Part shown: positions 47,294 to 56,956 of the stretch, piece after piece
Position numbering within the stretch: the stretch's first letter is position 1
Layout of the letters: each line of letters begins with the position of its first letter
Origin: an uncultured Bacteroidales bacterium
GTDB taxonomy: Bacteria; Bacteroidota; Bacteroidia; Bacteroidales; UBA4417
NCBI GenBank assembly: GCA_963802185.1
Contig: CAWDHU010000025.1
Span: 16,997 to 80,996 of the forward strand
Direction: 5' to 3'
DNA length: 64,000 nt
The notes under the pieces: model-generated
Told to the model about the DNA's origin: nothing
What the model saw: only the letters and a program-made list of their open reading frames with translations
The model's database searches: none
Position numbers and translations under genes: made by a program

Positions 47294-47307
47294 TGACTAA
47301 TTCAATT

Positions 47308-48573
47308 TTATGATGCCTCAATTTTCACCACAGCTTTTTCGAGATCCTTTATTCTATCGATTTCCAAAGTGTATAAATAATTATCTTTCTCTTGAGATGT
47401 TATTGAGTCAGATATCTTTAAATCATCCGAACTGAATGTTAACTTTCTTTCGGATTCTATTTTGATGGTTAGCTTGTTATTACTGAGTTGATCTTTCATT
47501 TTATTAGTTTCAAGGAAATCAATATCAATTTGATCTCCACGATTCTGCACTTTTGTACAAACATGATGTACAAGCTGATTTCTGAATGATGAAGAATTCC
47601 TGGCTAACATTGTTTCAGGTTTATCATTATATGGCTTCAGAAGTTTCACCCACGAATCTACAATTTCTGAATTACGACTCGGGTCCGGATGCAGCAGGTT
47701 TGGCCAATGTAATCCGCAAGTAGGCCCTCTGAGTATTCCGCCAGGTTTTTTACCAAAATCATCCCAATGAAGCAAGTCTTCTCCCCGGTCAACGGTAATG
47801 ACTCCAGAATCAATCCCAAATATTCCAAACTGAGCAGCTTCGGCATTATACATACTATAAAAAGGTGTATTGATATAATTAATCCCACGTTTCTTTATTA
47901 CTCCTGCCATACTGATTTTATGCGCACCTGTCAAACCAAAACCATGTAAAAATGCGGTGGGGACAAAAGAAGTTGGAAAAGGACCTAATTGATTTTGCTC
48001 CAACAATTTTTCAAAATAATCAAGGTGAAGTTCAACCTGATCCAGGGGGCGCATTTGCCCGGAACGGTCTGCCCATTCTGCCCGGGTGAAATTTTCGTCT
48101 TGCCAGTATTCATGAGCTATACCATGCAATGTTAGCTCAAAGTGATTTTGGTTATTCCTTATGATATCTGCTGCCTCATCCAACCAGGCACCCACCCATT
48201 TACTGTTATCCCATTTCTCACGCATCCAGGTGCTTGTCGGAAGATTTCGCAAAATATTTTCCCTATCCCATTCACAGAGAATGGTCGCTGCCTGTGGTCG
48301 TACGCCCAATTTTATTCCCAGATCTACGATCGCCTGGTAATCTGCCGGAACATGATTCCGACTTATTCCTGTTCGGTATGGCTCCTGACGCTTATTGCCG
48401 TCTTCTCCCGACCACCAGCCGACATCATCAATAACTATCTGAATTGGCATGGGTATAGTCACATTTAATTCATCATTATGAACGGACCTCGTTCCTTCAC
48501 GTGGAACAAAATTTGAAACTGCAAGTCCGGCAGCTATTAATGCAGATTTTCTTGTGAATTCACGTCTAGTCAT
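47308..48573 (-). CDS. twin-arginine (Tat-type) leader protein, NodB/DUF2334-like putative polysaccharide deacetylase fold (function tentative)
   Basis: Twin-arginine leader MTRREFTRKSALIAAGLAVS. VIDDVGWW and LTLHGIAHEYW resemble the Asp-Asp and His motifs of deacetylase-like folds. The assignment rests only on these motifs. Confidence 0.45.
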   Translation of the reverse strand: MTRREFTRKSALIAAGLAVSNFVPREGTRSVHNDELNVTIPMPIQIVIDDVGWWSGEDGNKRQEPYRTGISRNHVPADYQAIVDLGIKLGVRPQAATILCEWDRENILRNLPTSTWMREKWDNSKWVGAWLDEAADIIRNNQNHFELTLHGIAHEYWQDENFTRAEWADRSGQMRPLDQVELHLDYFEKLLEQNQLGPFPTSFVPTAFLHGFGLTGAHKISMAGVIKKRGINYINTPFYSMYNAEAAQFGIFGIDSGVITVDRGEDLLHWDDFGKKPGGILRGPTCGLHWPNLLHPDPSRNSEIVDSWVKLLKPYNDKPETMLARNSSSFRNQLVHHVCTKVQNRGDQIDIDFLETNKMKDQLSNNKLTIKIESERKLTFSSDDLKISDSITSQEKDNYLYTLEIDRIKDLEKAVVKIEAS

Positions 48574-48974
48574 ATTATGAATCGAAATCTCTTTTAATTC
48601 GTGATTACCAATTTTAAAGCCCTAATATTCGCAACGCATTTTTTTGCATAGATTTTATCCACGACTTCACGTGGTACTTTTATATATTTTTAGCTTTTCA
48701 AGCTAAGGATGTTGTTTAATGGGGATAAGTATAAAGTTGAATTTCGAATAAATCAATAGGGATTTCAATAAAAGTCGGAAGATAAAGTCTAAGGCCACTT
48801 CAAATTTATGGAGAAATGCGATAGTAAAAGCACGAAAATAATTTTATCTGTTTTCTAAAAACAGGAAAAGGAGATCAATTATCCACCTTCTGCCACAGTA
48901 TATTGAACACAAACGATCCCATTGTATTAAAAGCTCTTCGCAGCAAAATGAATATAATTATGAATGAAAAAATA

Positions 48975-49011
48975 AAAACCACTTGTAAGATATTGTCTCA
49001 CAAGTGGTTTT
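48975..49011 (-). terminator. rho-independent terminator downstream of tRNA-Leu
   Basis: AAAACCACTTGT-N13-ACAAGTGGTTTT stem. On the minus strand it is followed by a T-rich run (TTTTTATTTTTT). Confidence 0.6.
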
Positions 49012-49023
49012 TCTTATTAATCG

Positions 49024-49106
49024 TACCCCGGGCCGGAATCGAACCGGCACGAACAGAGTTCATCGGTTTTTGAGACCGACGCGTCTACCAATTCCGCCAC
49101 CGGGGC
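49024..49106 (-). tRNA. tRNA-Leu (anticodon CAA), class II with a long variable arm
   Basis: The minus strand reads GCCCCGG-TG-GCGGAATTGGTAGACGC-G-TCGGT-CTCAAAA-ACCGA-TGAACTCTGTTCGT-GCCGGTTCGATTCCGGC-CCGGGGT-A. It aligns arm by arm with E. coli tRNA-Leu(CAA). CCA is not encoded. Confidence 0.93.
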
Positions 49107-49200
49107 AAATTGGAGTGCAAAGGTAATTATTTTTGTCACTCCACAAAAACTGTAAGTTTCCTGAAAGATTTAATCAACTTAAATCTCAATCGCACTCCTC

Positions 49201-50997
49201 TTATTTTATCATTTTCAGGAAGTTAACTTCCTTTTCAGCAAGGAAACGCCAGCGTCCGCGTGGAAGATCTTTCTTGGTAAGGCCTGCAAAAACCATACGG
49301 TCGAGTTTCACCACTTCATAACCAAGCGCTTCGAATATGCGGCGGACAATACGGTTACGGCCTGAATGGAGCTCAATACCAATTTCCTTTTTGCTTTTTC
49401 CTCCTTCAGCATAAGCTATCTCATCTACCAGTGTAATTCCATCTTCCAGTTCAACCCCTTCGCCAATTTTCAGGAGATCAGCTTTGGTAAGCGGTTTATC
49501 AAGTTCTACATGATACACCTTGCGAACTTTGTGGCTTGGATGCATCAGTTTGGTAGCTAACTCCCCATCGTTGGTAAAAAGCAACAAACCACTGGTATTG
49601 CGGTCGAGACGGCCAACAGGATAAATCCTTTCCCTGCCGGCATCAGCAACAAGCGACATTACCGTGTTACGGTCGAATGGATCGTCGGTGGTGGTAATAT
49701 ATCCTTTTGGCTTGTTAAGAAGCAGGTATACAAGTTTTTCCCTGCGCACTTTTTCGTCACCGTACTGAACTTTATCAGTTGGTAAAATTTTAGTTCCCAG
49801 TTCAGTTACAACAACGCCGTTAACCATAACGGCACCCGCAACAATTAATTCATCAGCTTCTCGGCGTGAGCATATTCCCGAATTAGACAGGAATTTGTTC
49901 AGGCGTATGCTGCCATCCGGACTTGGAGGGCTGGGTTTACTTCCGGGATAATCTTTTTTGGCGGGTTTGCGATCGTAACCACCTTTACGATCTGAGGATC
50001 TCTCATAGGTTTTACGAGCCGGTCTTTCACTATCTCCGCTTCTTTCGTATGGACGACGAGCTGGCCTTTCGCTATCACCATTTCTTTCGTAGGGTTTGCG
50101 TGCCGGTCTTTCGCTTTCTCCGCTTTTATCAAAAGAACCTCGAGCTGGCCTTTCCCGATCACCACTTTTATCAAATGAGCGGCGGGCTGGCCTTTCACCA
50201 TCACCGCCTTTGTCGAATGAACGACGTGCCGGTCTTTCGCTATCTCCGCTTCTTTCATAAGGACGACGGGCTGGTCTTTCACCATCTCCACTTTTATCAT
50301 ATGGACGGCGTGCTGGTCTTTCTCCATCACCGCCTTTGTCAAATGAACGACGTGCCGGTCTTTCGCTATCTCCGCTTCTTTCATAAGGACGACGTGTTGG
50401 TCTTTCACCATCTCCACTTTTATCAAATGAATGGCGCGCTGGTCTTTCTCCATCACCGCCTTTGTCGAATGGACGACGTGCCGGTCTTTCGCTATCTCCG
50501 CTTCTTTCATATGGACGACGTGCTGGTCTCTCACCATCACTGCTTTTATCAAATGAACGGCGTGCTGGTCTTTCACTATCCCCACTTTTGTCGAATGAAC
50601 GACGGGCTGGTTTTTCGGCATCACTGCTTCTGTCGAATGAACGGCGTGCTGGTCTTTCGGCATCACCACCTTTATCGAATGAACGATTTGCTGGTCTCTC
50701 TCCATCACCGCCTTTATCGAATGAACGACGTGCTGGTTTTTCGGCATCACTGCTTCTTTCAAATGAACGGCGTGCTGGTCTTTCACCATCACTGCTTTTG
50801 TCGAATGAACGACGTGCTGGTCTTTCGGCATCACTGCTTTTTGTATAAGACCGACGTGGGCTTTCATCTTTCCCCGTGCTTCTGCTGGCACTTCTACCTG
50901 TTGATGAAGGTCTTCCGCTACCGGAGGCAGAACTTCTTTTAGGCCGGGAATCACTATTCTTCGGGGTTCCCTTACCCGGCCTGCTATTGCGTTGCAT
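49201..50997 (-). CDS. rluB: 23S rRNA pseudouridine synthase RluB family, with a ~340-aa repetitive Arg/Asp/Ser/Pro-rich N-terminal extension
   Basis: The C-terminal 245 aa hold an S4 domain (IRLNKFLSNSGICSRREADELI) and an RsuA/RluB catalytic core (YPVGRLDRNTSGLLLFTNDGEL). The N-terminus contains 20 tandem 14-aa units. Confidence 0.9.
   Translation of the reverse strand: MQRNSRPGKGTPKNSDSRPKRSSASGSGRPSSTGRSASRSTGKDESPRRSYTKSSDAERPARRSFDKSSDGERPARRSFERSSDAEKPARRSFDKGGDGERPANRSFDKGGDAERPARRSFDRSSDAEKPARRSFDKSGDSERPARRSFDKSSDGERPARRPYERSGDSERPARRPFDKGGDGERPARHSFDKSGDGERPTRRPYERSGDSERPARRSFDKGGDGERPARRPYDKSGDGERPARRPYERSGDSERPARRSFDKGGDGERPARRSFDKSGDRERPARGSFDKSGESERPARKPYERNGDSERPARRPYERSGDSERPARKTYERSSDRKGGYDRKPAKKDYPGSKPSPPSPDGSIRLNKFLSNSGICSRREADELIVAGAVMVNGVVVTELGTKILPTDKVQYGDEKVRREKLVYLLLNKPKGYITTTDDPFDRNTVMSLVADAGRERIYPVGRLDRNTSGLLLFTNDGELATKLMHPSHKVRKVYHVELDKPLTKADLLKIGEGVELEDGITLVDEIAYAEGGKSKKEIGIELHSGRNRIVRRIFEALGYEVVKLDRMVFAGLTKKDLPRGRWRFLAEKEVNFLKMIK
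49996..50835 (-). repeat. 20 x 42-bp in-frame tandem repeat inside rluB
   Basis: The unit consensus is (S/G)D(G/S/A)ERPARR(S/P)(F/Y)(D/E)(K/R)(S/G) and it repeats without interruption. The antisense ORFs in the track are artefacts of the periodicity. Confidence 0.9.
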
Positions 50998-51190
50998 AAA
51001 ATTTTAATTTTTGCAAAGATAGGCATTTTCAAGCCACAAAGTATAAATCCGGCCCCGGCTGCCAACAATTACTTCTTATAATCTGCACATAATCTGTTAT
51101 TTGCAGAATACTGAGGGCAATTACTTCTACACACGATGCAAAAGGCAATATATTTTTATATATTTCCATGGTTTTTGGCCAAATATTTAC

Positions 51191-51198
51191 TATATTTG
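51191..51198 (+). promoter_or_regulatory. Bacteroidota -7 promoter motif TAnnTTTG (TATATTTG)
   Basis: Exact consensus match 43 nt upstream of ATG 51241. Confidence 0.35.
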
Positions 51199-51240
51199 TG
51201 TTTGATTCAAAGGTTTTCTTTTAATTTAACAGGAGGAAAT

Positions 51241-52365
51241 ATGAAACTCGCTAAGGAACGCATTATTACTGCCGGGCACTTCTCATGGTCCAGGGCATTG
51301 CTGCTACAGATCATACTTCAGGATAACGGAATTGATTGTTTCCTGGTTTCCAAAGATACTGTGCTTTCCCGGGGATATGTTGATCTGCGGGTTAATGAAA
51401 AGGACCTGGAGAAGTCACTAAAAATCATTGATAAAGCATCGAAGGAAACCGGAAGATCCAAAGAGTATGCTGTCCAAAAGATTCAGGTTGTAAGGCGTAT
51501 CGTGGTGCCTGTTGATTTTTCCAATATTTCGTTTGATGCCTGCCGTTTTGCGATAAGCCTGGCCGGTAAATTTAAAGCTGAAGTTAAACTGGTACATGTA
51601 TTTTATAACCCGGCTATAGATGTTTCGCCCTATGCCGATCATTACTCGTACCAGATAAAACTAGTTGATAGCCTTCGTGAAATCGAAAAAAGTGCACGCG
51701 AAAATATGCTCAAACTGGAGCATAAACTAAAAATGTGGTGTATCAAAGAAAACCTGGCACACATTCATGTTACGGCAAAACTCATCAATGGTTTCAGCAC
51801 AGATGAATTACTTGAATACATCAAAATATACAAGCCAGCCATCATTATTATGGGTACACGTGGGCTTACCCGCGATAATTACAAAGCCTTTGGAAGAGTT
51901 GCAAATAAAATAATTGAAGACTCAACGGTTCCTGTCCTGGCACTTCCATCAGGAACTGCCACAACGATAGGAGAAATAAAAGCAATACTGTATGCCACCG
52001 ATTTAGATCCTTCAGACTATTCAGCCCTCAACCGCCTGATACAGATGATGACTCCATTTAAAATAAAAATTCATTGCGTACATATTTGTGTCGTTGAGAA
52101 GAAACCATGGGATACAGTTAAGCTCGACGAGCTCAAAGTTCATCTGAAAAATGAATACAAAGGAATTGACATTACTTTTAATAATATAGTCAGTGAAAAC
52201 GTAATAAACGGACTCGAAACATACATCCGGGATAACGGCATAGATGCCCTGGCAGTTACTACCCACAAGCGTAACCTGCTCGAAAAAATGTTTACTCCCA
52301 GCATTTCACGTGAGATTTATAGTGAAACAGGGAAGCCATTGCTGGTTTTCCATTCAAGGGAGTAG
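51241..52365 (+). CDS. tandem universal stress protein (two UspA domains) with a small N-terminal domain
   Basis: Two Usp-like modules, IVVPVDFSNISFDACRFAISLA...IIMGTRG and ILYATDLDPSDYSALNRL...ALAVTTHKRN. ATG 51241 is preferred to 51136. Confidence 0.78.
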   Translation: MKLAKERIITAGHFSWSRALLLQIILQDNGIDCFLVSKDTVLSRGYVDLRVNEKDLEKSLKIIDKASKETGRSKEYAVQKIQVVRRIVVPVDFSNISFDACRFAISLAGKFKAEVKLVHVFYNPAIDVSPYADHYSYQIKLVDSLREIEKSARENMLKLEHKLKMWCIKENLAHIHVTAKLINGFSTDELLEYIKIYKPAIIIMGTRGLTRDNYKAFGRVANKIIEDSTVPVLALPSGTATTIGEIKAILYATDLDPSDYSALNRLIQMMTPFKIKIHCVHICVVEKKPWDTVKLDELKVHLKNEYKGIDITFNNIVSENVINGLETYIRDNGIDALAVTTHKRNLLEKMFTPSISREIYSETGKPLLVFHSRE

Positions 52366-52452
52366 CTTTTCAGATTCTTTCGTGCCTTTTCAGCAGGACA
52401 TTCCTGAAAGAAATTCAATTATTTTAAAAATTATTAGACCTGAAATACAAAA

Positions 52453-52635
52453 ATGAAAGACAATATTCAAAAAAATGCTCCTTCCGGTGCAGTTTATGGA
52501 CTTGGATTTATTGGAGCCGCAGTTTACTTTATTTCACATGCCACCGGATTCTGGATGGGAGTTTTAGGTTTTTTTAAAGCTATGGTCTGGCCGGCATTCC
52601 TGGTATACGAAGCATTTAAACACCTTTCAATGTAA
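52453..52635 (+). CDS. hypothetical small membrane protein
   Basis: 60-aa ORF with two hydrophobic helices (GLGFIGAAVYFI, MGVLGFFKAMVWPAFLV). Confidence 0.4.
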   Translation: MKDNIQKNAPSGAVYGLGFIGAAVYFISHATGFWMGVLGFFKAMVWPAFLVYEAFKHLSM

Positions 52636-52695
52636 AAGCTTTAAGTACATCAAAAAAAATCTTCTTCACTTTTCTCTCTTCACTTTTCACTCCTT

Positions 52696-53058
52696 TCACA
52701 TTCTCGCCATAAACGCATCTTTAATATGCTTTAATACAACCTTCCCACCGCCCAGCAATATCCCGATCACGTCAAAACGCGTTTCACCTTTGAAATCCGC
52801 TAATTGGATATAGGCATCGGCAGTCCTGACTATGGCTTTCATCTTGGCTGGTTTTACTTCCATTTCGGGTTCACCGAAACGGTCGGTGGTGCGGGTTTTC
52901 ACCTCCACAATTACAAGCCATTCGCCATCGCGGGCAATAATATCCAGCTCATCGTGGCCAAAGTGCCAGTTGCGGTGTAAGATTCGGTAACCCAAATGCC
53001 GGAGGTGCTTCTCGGCCAGGTCTTCTCCTATTTTACCAAGTTCATTGTGATCTGCCAT
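52696..53058 (-). CDS. YraN-family (UPF0102) endonuclease-like protein
   Basis: 120 aa. GEDLAEKHLRHLGYRILHRNW...ELDIIARDGEWLVIVEVKTR is the YraN signature. Confidence 0.85.
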   Translation of the reverse strand: MADHNELGKIGEDLAEKHLRHLGYRILHRNWHFGHDELDIIARDGEWLVIVEVKTRTTDRFGEPEMEVKPAKMKAIVRTADAYIQLADFKGETRFDVIGILLGGGKVVLKHIKDAFMARM

Positions 53059-53096
53059 TTGATGAGTTTCAGGTTTGCCCCAATTCCTGATTATTC

Positions 53097-54122
53097 TTAT
53101 TTCAAAAACAAACCGATCAGGTAAAGGATAATATATATAAAAACAAAAAATCCGAGGAAGAACAGAGCCGGTTTGAGGATTTTACGAAATACTTTACCTG
53201 GTTTAGTTGCTTCGCCTCCCGATAAAAATTGAAGCGAAACTCCGTTTGTACTAATATCCAACTGAACTTCACGGCCCATAATCAGCGTGCGGTTATCGGC
53301 AATATGGCCCGCCGGGAAGTTGAAACAAACCGGTATTCCGGCTTCTTGTACGTATTCTTCTATAATCTGATCCGCCTGTTTTCCAAACGGAACAGTGTTA
53401 TCATTCATTTTGGTTAAACCACCAACAATAAGCCCTTTAATTCCTGATAGCTTACCACTTCGTTTCAGGTTAATCATCATGCGATCCACATGATAGAGGT
53501 ATTCGTCGAGGTCTTCGATAAAGAGAATTTTATCCTGCGTCAGTATATCCGAAGGCGTCCCTGCTAAAGCATAAAGGATTGAAAGATTTCCCCCGGTAAT
53601 AACCCCTGAAACACTACCAGGTTTATTAAAGGAATGGTTTCCTGTATTGTATACAAGTGTTTCGCCAAATAATGCTTTTCGCAACGATTCGATGGCTTCA
53701 CCAGTACCCTCATCCGGGAAATTGATAGGCATGATGGCATGCAGCGTTTCAATGCCCAATTGAGTTTGAATATGCGAATGCAACACGGTAATATCACTGT
53801 ATCCAACAATCCACTTAGGATGGGACTCAAATGCGGAAAAATTCAAATTGTCGATAATCCGTACTGTACCATAACCGCCTCGTGCACACATAATGGCTTT
53901 AATCCCGTGATCATCCAGCATCGACTGTAAATCTGAAGCACGCTCTTCATCTGTGCCCGAATACTGGTTATTCTCTCCAAATAAATGCGGTCCTGTAACT
54001 ACCTGCAATCCCCATGATCGGAAAGTACTTATGGCAGTATCCATTTCGGATGGACTGACCTTTCGGGCGGTTGCAACAATGGCAATTTTATCGCCGGGTT
54101 TCAGGTAAGGAGGAGTGATCAT
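53097..54122 (-). CDS. LD-carboxypeptidase (peptidase S66) with a C-terminal TM helix
   Basis: LKPGDKIAIVATARK..., GYSDITVLH (nucleophile Ser) and a later E/H region ...FPAGH. Confidence 0.82.
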   Translation of the reverse strand: MITPPYLKPGDKIAIVATARKVSPSEMDTAISTFRSWGLQVVTGPHLFGENNQYSGTDEERASDLQSMLDDHGIKAIMCARGGYGTVRIIDNLNFSAFESHPKWIVGYSDITVLHSHIQTQLGIETLHAIMPINFPDEGTGEAIESLRKALFGETLVYNTGNHSFNKPGSVSGVITGGNLSILYALAGTPSDILTQDKILFIEDLDEYLYHVDRMMINLKRSGKLSGIKGLIVGGLTKMNDNTVPFGKQADQIIEEYVQEAGIPVCFNFPAGHIADNRTLIMGREVQLDISTNGVSLQFLSGGEATKPGKVFRKILKPALFFLGFFVFIYIILYLIGLFLK

Positions 54123-54743
54123 TTAAATTAGTTTCGAATATCAAAAGTAATGATTCCTAATGAAATCCATCACTTTATTATGAAAAGTTCAACCACGGAG
54201 GCACTGAGGGCATGGAGGAGCACAGAGAGAATAAATTCATTTTAATATTTCGATTATTCCTCTTATAATTATTAATCTTAGGAAGAAAAACCTACATGGA
54301 ACATTGGCTCAATTGGAATAACCACTCTGTGTTTCTCTGTATAATTAATCGGTGTCTCCGAGGTAATTAAAATAATATAGGTATCGGGAATCATTAACAA
54401 AATGAATATTGCATTCTCTAGATTTACCTCTCCGCCTGTCGGCACCTCCCCTAATTTTAGGGGAGGAAGGTATTAATCAACAGTACTACAAAGCTTTATT
54501 GTTAGTACAATCTTACTCCCTCCCTATTTTTAGGGAGGGCTGGGGAGGGTACATTATAAAATGAACTTCTTATTAATCTTTCCAGATACTCAATTTAAAA
54601 TAATAATTTCAGCAGAAGTTTCAACTGAAAATGTTTTAACCGGAAAAAGCAGATTGGAAGGCTGACTTCCCAACACCTAACCTCTAAAACCTAAATCCAC
54701 CAATACATTTATAAAAAGCCATTTCAATTCCTAACCGATTCAG

Positions 54744-54751
54744 TATCTTTG
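54744..54751 (+). promoter_or_regulatory. Bacteroidota -7 promoter motif TAnnTTTG (TATCTTTG) upstream of metG
   Basis: Exact consensus match 28 nt upstream of ATG 54779. Confidence 0.45.
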
Positions 54752-54778
54752 CAAACTATTTTTACCAGGAGGAGAATT

Positions 54779-56842
54779 ATGACTGACACCAATACCAAAA
54801 CTTTCAAACGCTATACCGTTACTTCTGCCTTGCCTTATGCCAACGGCCCAATCCACATAGGGCACCTGGCCGGCGTGTATATTCCGGCTGATATTTATGT
54901 ACGGTTTTTACGCTCGAACAGGCGCGATGTTTTATTTATCGGTGGTAGCGACGAGCATGGAGTTCCAATTACTATCAGGGCTCGTAAAGAAGGGGTAACT
55001 CCTCAGCAGATTGTGGATAAATACCATGAGATTATCAAAAAGTCGTTTGAAGAATTAGGCATTTCATTCGATATTTATAGCCGGACTTCCGCTCCAATCC
55101 ACCACGAAACAGCCTCTGAATTTTTTAGAAAATTATACGACAACAAGCAGTTTATTGAAAAAGAAAGTGAGCAATATTACGATGTGGAAGCCCAGCATTT
55201 CCTCGCCGACCGTTATATTACAGGTACTTGTCCGCGTTGTGGCAATGAGCGTGCTTATGGCGATCAATGCGAAAGCTGTGGCTCGACACTGAGTGCTACT
55301 GAACTGATCAATCCCAAATCTGCATTAAGCGGGAATGTGCCCGTGATGAAAGAAACAAAACACTGGTTCCTGCCGCTCGATCAGTATGAAAAATGGCTTA
55401 AAGAATGGATTCTCGAATCACACCGCGAAGATTGGAAAACAAATGTTTACGGGCAATGCAAGTCGTGGCTCGACAGCGGCCTGCAACCCCGTGCCGTTAC
55501 CCGCGACCTTGATTGGGGTGTACAGGTTCCTGTTGATGGAGCCGAGGGGAAAGTGCTGTATGTATGGTTCGATGCTCCTATCGGATATATTTCTGCCAGT
55601 CGCGACTGGTCGTCACAAACCGGTAAAGACTGGGTTCCTTACTGGAAATCAGGTGATACCAAACTTGTACATTTTATAGGGAAAGACAATATCGTTTTTC
55701 ATTGTATCATTTTTCCGGCAATGCTGAAAGCTGAAGGCACCTATATTTTACCCGATAATGTGCCTGCCAACGAATTTCTGAACCTCGAAGGGGATAAAAT
55801 TTCAACTTCGCGTAACTGGGCAGTATGGCTTCATGAATACCTGGTTGATTTTCCCGGCAAACAGGATGTGCTGCGTTATACATTGGCTGCCAATGCACCT
55901 GAAACCAAGGATAACGACTTTACCTGGAAGGATTTTCAGACGCGCAACAACAGTGAGTTGCTGGCTATTTTCGGGAACTTTGTAAACCGGACCCTTGTGC
56001 TTACACACAAATATTTTGGTGGTGAAGTGCCTGCATTGGGAGAGGTGAATGATACTGACAGGGCTGCTATGGCAGAAATCGCTGAATTCCCGGCCCGTAT
56101 AGCTTCCAGTATCGAGAGTTACCGCTTCCGCGAAGCCTTGAACGAGATGATGAACCTTGCCAGGCTTGGGAATAAATACCTTACCGAAACCGAGCCCTGG
56201 AAAAACTTTGCTTCGAATCCTGAAAAAGTGAAAACAATCCTGAATATTTCGTTGCAGATTTGCGCCAACTTATCCATTTTGAGTGAGCCCTTCCTGCCGT
56301 TTACTTCAGCACGGTTGCTCGAAATGCTCAATTCAGATTTAAGAACATGGACTGAAGCAGGATCGTGTACTTTATTGCAGCCGGGACATAAACTAAATCA
56401 GCCGGCTTTGCTGTTTGATCGCATTGAAGATGATGTTATTGCCGCTCAGGTGAAAAGACTTACAGATACCAAAGCTGAAAATGCCGCCGAAAACAGCGTA
56501 GTTGCTCCTCAGAAACCAGAAATCACATACGACGATTTTACCAAACTTGATTTGAGGATTGCTACCATTACTGAAGCCGAAAAGGTAGCCAAAACTGCCA
56601 AATTACTGAAATTAACACTGGATACAGGTATCGACAAACGTATTGTGGTATCAGGGATTGCCGAACATTATGCACCTGAAGATATAATTGGGCAGAAAGT
56701 GGTGTTGCTTGCCAATCTCGCACCAAGAAACCTGAAAGGAATCGAATCGAAAGGAATGATACTGATGGCAGAAGACAAAGACGGAAAACTTTGCTTTGTT
56801 TCGCCTACCGAAGCTTTCGGAAATGGCAGTGAAGTAAGATAG
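54779..56842 (+). CDS. metG: methionine--tRNA ligase (with a C-terminal tRNA-binding domain)
   Basis: [16 protein letters not shown] (HIGH), the zinc knuckle [25 protein letters not shown] (KMSKS-like), and a C-terminal Trbp111/EMAP-like domain ([13 protein letters not shown]...GMILMAED). Confidence 0.95.
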   Translation: MTDTNTKTFKRYTVTSALPYANGPIHIGHLAGVYIPADIYVRFLRSNRRDVLFIGGSDEHGVPITIRARKEGVTPQQIVDKYHEIIKKSFEELGISFDIYSRTSAPIHHETASEFFRKLYDNKQFIEKESEQYYDVEAQHFLADRYITGTCPRCGNERAYGDQCESCGSTLSATELINPKSALSGNVPVMKETKHWFLPLDQYEKWLKEWILESHREDWKTNVYGQCKSWLDSGLQPRAVTRDLDWGVQVPVDGAEGKVLYVWFDAPIGYISASRDWSSQTGKDWVPYWKSGDTKLVHFIGKDNIVFHCIIFPAMLKAEGTYILPDNVPANEFLNLEGDKISTSRNWAVWLHEYLVDFPGKQDVLRYTLAANAPETKDNDFTWKDFQTRNNSELLAIFGNFVNRTLVLTHKYFGGEVPALGEVNDTDRAAMAEIAEFPARIASSIESYRFREALNEMMNLARLGNKYLTETEPWKNFASNPEKVKTILNISLQICANLSILSEPFLPFTSARLLEMLNSDLRTWTEAGSCTLLQPGHKLNQPALLFDRIEDDVIAAQVKRLTDTKAENAAENSVVAPQKPEITYDDFTKLDLRIATITEAEKVAKTAKLLKLTLDTGIDKRIVVSGIAEHYAPEDIIGQKVVLLANLAPRNLKGIESKGMILMAEDKDGKLCFVSPTEAFGNGSEVR

Positions 56843-56956
56843 GCTCAAATTTGTAAAGCAAAACCATTAGGAAATAGTAAATCTGGCATTCGCCTTGTCT
56901 CCCCCTCTCCTGGTCCCCCTTCTCCTTGTAGTACTAAAGCACTCTATTCGCCATCA

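Noticed and set aside
49899-51068. Long ORFs on both strands and in other frames across the rluB repeat tract (49899-51068 -, 49923-50942 +, 50462-50848 +).
   Set aside because: They are artefacts of the 42-bp periodic repeat, which keeps several frames open. Only the 49201-50997 frame continues into a recognisable S4 plus pseudouridine synthase domain.
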